Source of the DNA: Octopus vulgaris
Lineage: Eukaryota
Assembly (NCBI GenBank): GCA_951406725.2
Contig: OX597824.1
Span: 6,696,001 to 6,760,000 of the forward strand
Direction: 5' to 3'
Length of the DNA: 64,000 nt
Shown: one piece after another, positions 53,051 through 64,000 of the stretch
How the letters are laid out: the number at the start of each line of letters is the position of its first letter
Numbering within the stretch: the stretch's first letter is position 1
Position numbers and translations under genes: made by a program
Notes under the pieces: model-generated
The model's input: only the letters and a program-made list of their open reading frames with translations
What the model was told of the DNA's origin: nothing
Databases searched by the model: none

Positions 53051-54940
53051 TAGCACCAACAATCATAAAATTCATAGAGCACTCTATGAATAAATGGCAA
53101 ACAGTCCTACACCTCCAAACAAAAGAGGGACTCATGAAAACAAAAGACATCCCCATTAGAAGAGGAATATTCCAGGGAGATACGCTCTCTCCACTCCTTT
53201 TCTGCTTAGCACTGTCACCTCTATCTGATATGCTAAATAGAACTGGATGCGGATATAAATGTTACGGCCAAACGATCAGCCACCTTTTATATATGGATGA
53301 CCTAAAACTATACGCTGCAAATGACAAACAGCTGGAAACACTATTAAAGACAGTTCATGGATTTACCAAAGAAATAGATATGAAATTTGGATTAGAAAAA
53401 TGCGCCAAAGTAACCATGAAAAGAGGAAAACTAGTTAAGAGTAACAACATCACACTAGATGAAGCAAATGAAATAAAAGAATTAGACCAAAGCCAAACTT
53501 ACAAATACTTAGGAATCCATGAACTAGATAAGACACAACACACACAAATGAAAGAGAAAATAAAAAAAGAATATTATAGACGAGTTAGATCAATACTAAA
53601 CACAGAGCTCAATGCTAAAAACAAGATAATAGGTATCAACACTTTAGCTGTCCCAGTTATAAGTTACAGCTACAATATCCTTAACTGGACACGAAATGAA
53701 CTGACCAAAATAGACAGGAAAACAAGAAAAATAATGACAGGATCTAGGATGCATCACCCAAAATCTGACATAGAAAGACTATATATACAACGTATAGAAG
53801 GTGGTAGAGGCCTTATACAGCTGGAAAACTACTATAAAATAACCACCATAGGACTGCAAAAATATCTACTTCAGAAGGAAGGAAAACTGATCCAGATAGC
53901 GGCAAAACACGAGCAAAACAAAAAACTGTTCTCAGTATTTAAGGAAGCTGACAAATACAAACAAGAAATCATACCACCTAATAAACATGAAGAAGAAGAA
54001 GAAGATGAAGAAACAACAAAAGCTATAAAAAAAATGAAATCCAAACTAAAAATAGAACAGCAAAGAACCATGATAAAACGATGGCAAGAAAAGCCCCTTC
54101 ATGGTAAATACTGGACTAAACTAAACGCAAAAGAAATAGACAAAGAAAAATCCCAGCAATGGTTGAGAAGCTCAGGACTCAAAGCAGAAACAGAGGGATT
54201 TTTAATTGCAGCACAAGACCAAAGCCTCCCCACCAGAAATTACCAAAAACATGTAATGAAAAGAAATATTACAAGTAACTGCAGAATATGTGGAGATGGA
54301 CAAGAAACAATAAATCATATTATCTCTAGCTGCCCAGTCCTGGCTAAGAAGGAATATATTCACAGACATGACAGAGTTGGAACTTACATACATTGGAAGC
54401 TATGCCAACATTATGGAATAACAACAGAAAAAAGATGGTATAGGCACACACCAGAAAAGGTCACAGAAAACGAGAAAGCAACCATACTCTGGGATATGCC
54501 GATACACACAGATAGAGAAATTAAGGCCAACAGACCAGATATAGTTGTCAGAGACCATGAAGAAAAAAATGCTTTCTAATTGATGTATCAGTACCGGCAG
54601 ATGACAACGTGTCTCTAAAAGAAATGGAGAAACTCTCAAAATACAAAGACCTGGAAATAGAGGTAACTAGAATGTGGAATCTGAAAACAGAAACAATTCC
54701 TATCATAGTAGGTGCATTAGGCATGATAAAAAAATATTCAGACAAATACATAACAAAAACACCAGGACTTACAAACACATATAACATACAGAAAATTGCA
54801 CTACTGGGCACTGCACACATCCTACGCAGAACACTTTCCATACAATAACCATCAGAGCATCACAACAAATCACAGCACATACCCAAGGCACACAGAGCTG
54901 TGCTCGGTAGTGAAGTGAAAGCACGCTATAAAAATAAAAA
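53051..54940 (+). mobile_element. 5'-truncated Dong/R4-clade non-LTR retrotransposon (RT C-terminal half, CCHC knuckle, RLE)
   Basis: RGIFQGDTLSP, YMDD, CRICGDGQETINHIISSC, RHD, RPDIV..IDVSVP, KLSKYKDL; one frameshift at A7 54563-54569; stop at 54848; flanked by (TAA)n. Confidence 0.93.
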
Positions 54941-55070
54941 TAATAATAATAAACGAACTATTGAGTTTGGTTTAATGGCCTACCAATGTATACTATGAGT
55001 TTCTTTGCCCTAGGAGTCGGGAAGACACTCGGCAAGAAATGGAAGCAAATTTGAAAGAGGAAAAAAAAAA

Positions 55071-55110
<40 letters not shown>

Positions 55111-56190
55111 TAATAATAGTTGTAGGAACACTCGGAGCACCAACAACCGAGTTGAAGAAATATGTCAAAGAAATCGGAACTGACATGATGCTCCCCCACT
55201 ACTTCTGCACATGAATCAGACATGCATATATCATCAGCCAGGAAGGGACATGCTCAATGGGTTTCTATAGCTGGATGTCCTTCCTAATGCCAACCACTTC
55301 ACAAAGTGTACTGGGTGTATTTACAGGCAGGTCACCAATGTAAAGGAACAAGGTTCACGCAAATTAAAAATACACAAACTTGTAGAGAACTTTTCCTTTC
55401 ACATTCCATTTTCCTTAATGTTCTCAGCATAAAATATGCACCAATCCATGCTGAGATAAAAGGTCAAGGGCCTTAATATATATATGATCCATTGTTTAAC
55501 TCCATGAGCTACCTTTATGACGCTGGCTAACTTAGATTATACACAACAGAATGAGATATTTCATATTCAGGAAAAAAAGTGATTTTTTTTAAACAAAGCT
55601 GTAAGAATACAAAAGGTAAGTACAATTGAGGAATAAACTATTTTAATTATATCTCCTTCCTCAAATCTCAATTTGAAAAGATAATTCAATAAACCGATAT
55701 TTTTATCCTTTTCTCATACGAAGGGAAAGTTTTATACCTAAGTATTTATTATTCAGAATTTTCTTTCAGAATTTTAGATTTTTATCGAATTTAACCAAAT
55801 GTTTATCATGCTGTAAATCAAGATGCTGCTAGCAACAGCCTCCGGTGCTGCTCATCCTCTCTACTTAATAAACACAGCTTAAGATATTCAATCTCATAGT
55901 TTAACAATAAATATCCTAGGTTAGTCTTGACTGAATAATACAAAAAACCCAGTTATCTACGTAGTTTTTTGTGTGTGTGTGTATTTATAATTGTTTGTTT
56001 GTTTTTAATTCTATTTCATTGTTTATTTGGGTATTTTTATAACCCTCAGCACTAAGATGCTTCAAGGGAAACTGTAACAAAGCTTGTCTGAATCTTATCA
56101 TTTAAAAAGGTATTGAAAAGCGAATTATAGAAAATCTCTTCTCACTCAGCTTAATTAGACACAATACAAGGAATGTTAGCTTTCTTTGCT

Positions 56191-56252
<62 letters not shown>

Positions 56253-56351
56253 TATTTATATAATTTTAAGAGATCGTTATTTTCTCCTTTTTGAGAAAAC
56301 ATTCAACATGCTACTTTCAAAATGGTGATGATGACGATGACGATGATGATG

Positions 56352-56384
<33 letters not shown>

Positions 56385-56389
56385 GTATT

Positions 56390-56940
56390 TAGGGTGGTGA
56401 GCTAGCAGAATTGTTAGCACGCTGGGTGGATAACTGATACTTAATTTATCAGCCCTGAAAGGATGAACGGTAAAGTCGACCTCGGCGTAATTTGAAGTCA
56501 GAATGTAGCTGCAGATGAAATACCTATTTCTTTACTACCCACAAGGGGCTAAACACAGAGAGGACAAACAAGGACAGACAAAGGGATTAAGTCAATTATA
56601 TCGACTCCAGTGCATAACTGGTACTTATTTAATCGACCCCAAAAGGATGAAAGGCAAAGACGACCTTGGCGGAATTTGAACTCAGAACGTAGCTGCAGAC
56701 GAAATACCTATTTCTTTACTACCCACAAGGGGCTAAACATAGAGAGGACAAACAAGGACAGATAAAGGGATTAAGTCGATTATATCGACCCCACTGCGTA
56801 ACTGGTACTTATTTAATCGACCCCAAAAGGATGAAAGGCAAAGTCGACCTTGGCAGAATTTGAAGTCAGAATGTAGTGGCAGACAAAATACCGCTAAGCA
56901 TTTCGCCCGGCGTGCTAACGTTTCTGCCAGCTCACCGCCT
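56390..56940 (-). mobile_element. Head-to-tail array of SINE family B (period ~184 bp) preceded by an inverted head
   Basis: AAATACCTATTTCTTTACTACCCACAAGGGG recurs at 56518 and 56702. Confidence 0.85.
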
Positions 56941-57874
56941 TTGTGATCTTTTAGATAGTACTTTGCAACTGAATGGGTTCGTAGGTTATTTGTGGTTCTT
57001 GTATAACATGTCTGACCCAGTGGAACTTGTGCTTTTGGTATTCAGCGATCACACTGTTCACCCTTATCCATTCTTGAAATTATCTCATTTTGAGATATGC
57101 TCTTGCAATGATATTCCTTGTACATCATTGTCAATTAGTGTTGTTCCTACTTCACAGATCCTGCTACACCACTACAAGGCACTAAAAACAGGTTTCACAA
57201 CAGATATTCAAGCAGAGTAATAAATCAAAAATGAATAAATGCAGGATCTAATTTGCTTTTCTTCCATCCATTCAATTTTTTCCCCCCACAAAACAGTAGG
57301 ATGTGATTTGAAAAAGAATTGTCAGTGATTTCTAAAAGGCCACGTGACCCCATACAGGCACCATAATGGGTTTAGAATTAAAGAGAAGTCAATGGATGGA
57401 ACATGAACCATGTAGCCATTGCCTGCTGGATGTCTATGTAACTGATTACATTATAGAGTGCAAGCAGGCCTTGATGGTTTCACTGTTGTCAGCCAAGACC
57501 CAACCAGCACCTAAAGAAGGGTGCCCCCCACCTAGTAAAAAAAAAAAAATGTAAAGAGAAAGAAATAAGAAAAAAAACCCAGATGTGTTGTACAAAAGCG
57601 GTGCAGATAAACAGAATACTGGTCAAATATACAATGTTGTTTTACAGCCGGAATCAGTACAATTTGGCCATTGTTGCTTTTGTTAGAAAGGGTGTAGTGT
57701 CAGCTTGTGAATCAACAATTACAAAGTTGGATGTTTATAGATGACAAACACTACTTGCATCTGTGGTGCTGAATAACAATGTCAGGTCTTTAGTCAAACA
57801 TAAACCATCCAATGACATTTAATGTTATGGAAGTATGTTATCGCTTGTTCTCTTGACATAGGCTTTTAACATTA

Positions 57875-58011
57875 TTTATATATATACACAAACAGATAAG
57901 TATATACATATATTCGTATATATATATATACATATGCACATACACACATGTACATACGCATATATATTAGCATGCATATATATATATATATATATTAATA
58001 TAAACATATAC

Positions 58012-58094
<83 letters not shown>

Positions 58095-58161
58095 TATATA
58101 TGCATATATATATATATGCATGTATATTTGTATGTTTATATATATGTATATATATATGCAC

Positions 58162-58198
<37 letters not shown>

Positions 58199-59230
58199 CA
58201 CAAACATATATACATATGTATAAACATATATGTATAAGCACATATAATACATACATACACGCAGCACACACACACACATATATATATACAATAAACACTC
58301 ACACACCCACATGTGCACAGTATTTCTAAAATGTGAGAGATGAAGAGGTGAGAAAGCAGAGAAAGTAAAAGATCGAGTGGAAGGAAGGAAGAAAGGAGAA
58401 AGAAGAAAGAAAGAAGGAAAGAAGGAGAAATAAGGAGAAAGGAAAGAAAGAACAAAAGAAAGAATGAAAGAAAGAAAGAAGGCTATGAGAAAGTAAAAGA
58501 GCGGAAAAAGAAGGTAAGACTATTGGAAAGAGTGAACTAGACAAAAATCTTCAAAGTAGATTCTAGCAATTGAACAATATTGCACAAATGTAAAGTAAAT
58601 GCCAGAATAATAGAAGATAATCCAATTCATAACTGAATCGGAATCAAAGAGGAACCGAAACCATTTTCTAAACCAAAAGGATGTTTACACCTGGTTTACT
58701 CTTTGTTCGATGCAAAATACATTGCGTAAGTATTTGCAAAGAAGCTCACTCACCTGTGACAATAAATGGATAATGGACAAGTCAACGATGGCCAATCAAA
58801 GAGGAACAGCAGAAACATCATAAAAACAATATTGTTCTTTTGTAACAAATTCGGTTAAGTATATATGAAAGGCAACAATCATTTCCCCCCACCCCCCACC
58901 GCCAACCCGCTCTGACCTCATCGCTGCCAGTAAGGTAAGATTCTGTAGATACAGTCACAATAGCATGCATATATATATATATATATGTATGTAGATAGAT
59001 AGATAAATAAATAGATAGATAGATATATACACATATATACATACATATATACATATATATACATATATATACATATATATATATACATAAATACATACAT
59101 ACATATATATATGTATAAATACATACATATATATACATATATAAATACATACATACATATATATATATATATGTATATATACATACATATATATATATGT
59201 ATATATATGTATATATATACATATATATAT
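57875..59230. repeat. (TA)n/(CATA)n microsatellites and a purine-rich tract around a short unique segment
   Basis: Direct observation. Confidence 0.85.
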
Positions 59231-59619
59231 GAACATGTTGCACAGCTTAGGAAGTCAATGAACATGTTCAACTTTTAGAACTTTGTAATGGGAACTTTTA
59301 TCTTTTGCCATTTAACAATCTGAAAACTACTGAATCTGACAAAATACAAGAAGTTTCCTCACTGCAAACAAAAAAAAAGCAATAATAATGATAATAATAA
59401 TGATAATTCTTTCTACTAAAGGCAGAAAGCCTGAAATATGTGGGGAGGGGACTAGTAAATTACAGTAACCCCAGTGTTTCCCTGGCACTTAATTAATTTA
59501 CGAACCCCAAAAGAATGAAAGGCAAAGTTGACCTCAGTTGAATTTGAACTCAGGATGTAAAGACAGATGAAATGGTGCTAAACATTTTGCCAGGCATGCT
59601 GACAATTCTGTGACAAAAT

Positions 59620-60260
59620 CTCCATGCTCAAAGGGTGTTTTTCACATGCCACCAGTACAGGTTCCAGTAAGGCGACACTGGCAATGAGCACGCTCGAATG
59701 TCGTTTTTCATGTGCCAGCAGTACAGGTTCCAGTAAGGTGACACTGGCAACGATCACGCTTGAATGGTGCGTTTTAGGTGTCAGCGGCCCGAGAGCCAGT
59801 CAGCGGCCCGAGAGCCAGTCAGCTGCCCAAGAGCCAGTCAGTGGCCCTGGCAACTATCGCACTCAGATGGTGCTTTTAACGTTCCACTGGCACAAGTGCC
59901 AATCAGGTGGTACTGTCATTGGCCACGTCAACGATTTTGATTTCACTTGCCTCAACAGATCTTCGCAAGCAAAGTTTATTGTCCAATGAATGAAGGGTAC
60001 TCATAAGTGGGCTGGTTATAAACCACTGGCATAGGCCATGGGTTATGGTCTCACTTGGCTTGCCGGGTCTTCTCAAGTATAGCATATCTCCAAAGGTCTC
60101 GGTCACTAGTCATTACCTTGGTGGGGCCCAATGTTCAAAGGTCGTGTTTCACCACCTCATCCCAAGCCTTCCTTTCATATTGCTGCACCTCTTATGTGTC
60201 CATAGCTTACACTGGGTACATCTTATGGAGTTTCTGCTTACACTGGGTACAAATAAAAAT
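59620..60260 (-). mobile_element. Family C subrepeats joined to RTE-like coding remnants
   Basis: ~60-bp subrepeats, CTCCAAAGGTCTCGGTCAC segment shared with 47590-47710, and RNSIRCTQCKLWTHKRCS remnant. Confidence 0.6.
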
Positions 60261-60299
60261 TTATACATATTCATAAGTATAAATTCACACACAGATACA

Positions 60300-60568
60300 T
60301 CTACCCATCTATCCATCCATCCATACATACATACATGTATGCATGTATGTATGTATGTATGTATGTATGTATGTATGTATGTATGTATGAATGAATGAAT
60401 GTACATATGTGTCTAGATACATAGATAGATCGATACATACATGTATATATATATATATATATGTATGAATACACACAGAGATACATCTATCCATCCATCC
60501 ATGCCTGAATGTATGTATATATATATATGTATGTATGCATGATATATATATGTATGAATGCATGTATC

Positions 60569-60647
<79 letters not shown>

Positions 60648-61152
60648 GTACATACATACATACATACATACGTACATACATTTATGTACAAATGCACACA
60701 CATACATAAGACTGTGTGTGCTTCATTACCAAAAATAATTATCAAAAGAGAATAATTCCAGAGTGTAATTCAAAAGACAAAAATTACATTAAAAGCTACA
60801 TATTCAAAATAAATGAAATGAGAAACAACGACAAGAAAACAAAACAGAAAAAGGAAAAGGGAAAGAAAAAAAGCAAAGAATAAAAACATTAAACCCAGAA
60901 TGCAAAACATCTCTGTTTGAGTTCCCAAGTTTTATGTAAGCTCTGCTTGGAAACTGACAGGCTAAATATATAAACTCATACAGGAATTCTCATTTGCATC
61001 CATCACACACCTACTTCTTATCTTTCTCTTTGAGTTTATGAGTTGCGACTCCCAGCAGTTTCAAATATTACACACACTGAAGACTCGGTAGTTTTTGTTG
61101 TTGGAAAGTAATCAGCATGATAATAATGCAAAAAAAAGGAATAATAATAATC

Positions 61153-61200
<48 letters not shown>

Positions 61201-61299
61201 GTAATAATAATAATAATGATAATGATGATGATAATGATATCAATGAAAAATAAAATGATAGAATTATTATTATTATCATCATCATTGTTATTATCATTA

Positions 61300-61384
<85 letters not shown>

Positions 61385-61400
61385 CAGTAGCAGTAGTTGT
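60300..61400. repeat. (TATG)n, (GATA)n, (TAA)n and (TAG)n microsatellites
   Basis: Direct observation. Confidence 0.9.
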
Positions 61401-61650
61401 CATTGTCAAGGATAGCTGTCATGGAAGGGAAGTACCTTGTAATCGATGTATCAATCCCTATAGACAACAATAATGGGTCTCTAACAGAAATGATAAAAAA
61501 AAAAACAAAAAACAAAAGTAATCCCAAAATAAAGACTAGAAACTGTGATGACTACTGGGCAGCTGAAACCAGAAACAATAGCTGTGATAACAGCAGCCTT
61601 GGGAATGATTGAAAAACATAAATGCTGACACAAATATATAAACCCCAAGA
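61395..61650 (+). mobile_element. Degenerate Dong/R4-type RLE fragment
   Basis: YLVIDVSIPIDNN motif and ALGMI-like remnant, frameshifted. Confidence 0.6.
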
Positions 61651-61769
61651 CTTTATATATAAATGTATGTATGTATGTATGTATGTATGTATGTATGTAT
61701 GTATGTATGTATGTATGTATGTATGTATGTATGTATGTATCTATCTATCTATCTATCTATGTATATGAT

Positions 61770-62090
61770 GATGATCATCATCATCATCACCATCGTCATC
61801 ATCGTCGTTTAACGTCCATTTCCATGCTGGCATGGGTTGGATGGTTTGACTGAGTCCTGGCAACACAGAAGGCTGCACCAGGCTCCGATCTTATCTGGCA
61901 AAGTTTCAACAGCTGGATGTCCTTCCTAACGCCAACCACTGAGAGTGTAGTGGGTGCTTTTTACATGCCACCGGCACAGACCCAATCAGCTGGCACTGGC
62001 ATCGACTATGCTCGAATGGTGCTTTTTACGTGCCACTGGCACGAGAGCCAATCAGGTGGTACTGTCATCGGCCATAACAATGACTTCAAC
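61770..62090 (-). mobile_element. Retroposon family C
   Basis: Consensus match. Confidence 0.8.
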
Positions 62091-62250
62091 AAAAAATAAC
62101 ATTATAAGCTTTTGCACACGCACACACACACACACACAATACATAGAATACTTTCAATATGAGAGACAATGCAAAACCAGGTACTTAAGGCCCACCGAGA
62201 TGTGCGCTCAATGATGTAGTAAAAGGATGCCATAGATATTAGACAACTAA

Positions 62251-62299
<49 letters not shown>

Positions 62300-63099
62300 C
62301 CCTGATGCAGTCCCAGGCATTGGCTCTCATGGCTTCTGATCTTAACTGATTGGAAGTGTTATCCTGTACATTGTTTTGTCTTGGTATAAAAGATGGGCAG
62401 TAGACTTCCCTCTACTGCTACTGCATAACTGATGCAATCCAGTTGGTTGGCCTCAAGTAAGTTTCTGTCAACCTAATTTTACTGACAAGGCTTGATTCGA
62501 CATTTTTAAAATGCTACATGGTGGAGGTGAAACCAGGACCTCCTGATTTTGAAACGAACTTCTTAACCATTCAGCAACCCTGTATACACACCACTAGAAA
62601 TTTATATAAAGTGGATGAGACATCAATTACCACAGCAATTAGCAGTAGGATTTTGGATGGCAGGAACTAGATTACAACATGCAACATATTACGTAACCGT
62701 TTCCATTAGAAAAATATCCAAGAATAGCTTCCTATAACTTCCTAGAAAAATAACCGAAACTATTTTCCTATGAACACCACATACACACACACACACACAC
62801 AAAACAAACACACATGCATACACACACACAAACGCACACATGCAAACACATACACACATGCACATAGGCACACGTGCATACATGTGGGTGGAGGTGCTGG
62901 CAGTGAAAATTTCTAAGAATATTAGCAAATGGGCAAACAAATACGACAGGATCAATATTTTAAGGTCAACATCAAAAGGCATGTTCAAAGACAAACCAAT
63001 ATATCAGCATTTCCATTTTATCGCAACATAGACTACAACACACACAACAGGGTAAATAGAATTTAGAATGCCATTAAAGTAGGCCCCCACCCGACCCCA

Positions 63100-63175
63100 C
63101 ACAACACATACATATATACATACATATATATATATATATATACAATATATACAACAGACATGCACACCCAAGTAC

Positions 63176-63207
<32 letters not shown>

Positions 63208-63317
63208 GTACGTGTATATATATATGTATGTATATATAAAATATATATATATATGTATGTATATATGTGTGTATATGTGTATATATATGTCAATTGCATT
63301 TCTCCATTTTCTTTAAA

Positions 63318-63359
<42 letters not shown>

Positions 63360-63384
63360 TTTTATGTATGTATATATATATGCA

Positions 63385-63436
<52 letters not shown>

Positions 63437-63610
63437 TATATATACACACATAATCTATGAGTTATATATGTGTATGTATGTATGTGTGTGTGTGTGTGTA
63501 TATATGTATATATGTATATATGTATACCCGCACACACACTTGCGCGCATGTGTGTGTGTGTATGTAGAAAGACAGAGAAAGAGAGCGAGAGGGGGGAGAG
63601 GGAGAGTAAG
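63100..63610. repeat. Compound (TA)n/(TG)n microsatellite
   Basis: Direct observation. Confidence 0.9.
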
Positions 63611-64000
63611 AATTGATGCAGGAATCGGATGCCTGTAGGACATCTTAGTTTGTTAGCACTGTAGTTTTACTGATATATTCCCTTAAATCATCATCATCAT
63701 CACCATCATCATCATACAGTGAATGTAAAATAATGTTAACATACATGAGGAAAGACAGAGAGGGAGAAGAGAAGAGAAAGAGAGAGCAGAGAAAAAGTGG
63801 TGGGGGGGGAGAGAAAGACAGAGGTGGGGGGACAGCAATAAAATGACAGAGGTGGGGGGACAGCAATAAAAGGTGTCTGATTTGTATAAGATGAATCTGA
63901 GTTCATATCTTGCTTGGTTATGGATTATGAAAAAGAATAAAAAAAGAAAATATACCAGTAATATAATGGGTTAAATTATTCACCACTTCAGAGAAGTTTC

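Overview
AT-rich, microsatellite- and retroposon-dense animal genomic DNA; the repeat families look like those of a coleoid cephalopod, probably Octopus (inference from recognised repeats, not from a search). The only host gene I can support is MON2 on the minus strand: three phase-compatible internal exons (12205-12077, 10252-10135, 5289-5223). The rest of the window appears intronic, including more than 51 kb upstream of the first exon found. That space holds tRNA-derived SINEs, Dong/R4-type RLE retrotransposons nested in (TAA)n, Penelope-like elements (PLEs), RTE fragments, TTAA MITEs, Helitron-type elements and mini/microsatellites. Almost all ORF-track entries are microsatellite or SINE artefacts. 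Most interesting: (1) several minimal type I hammerhead ribozyme (HHR) motifs, one inside a 152-bp terminally redundant retrozyme-like unit and others in a PLE terminal repeat that also carries a tRNA-like Pol III promoter; (2) recurrent long fold-back hairpins at retroelement junctions; (3) a candidate recursive splice site in the long intron. All alignments and folds were done by eye; no database search was run.
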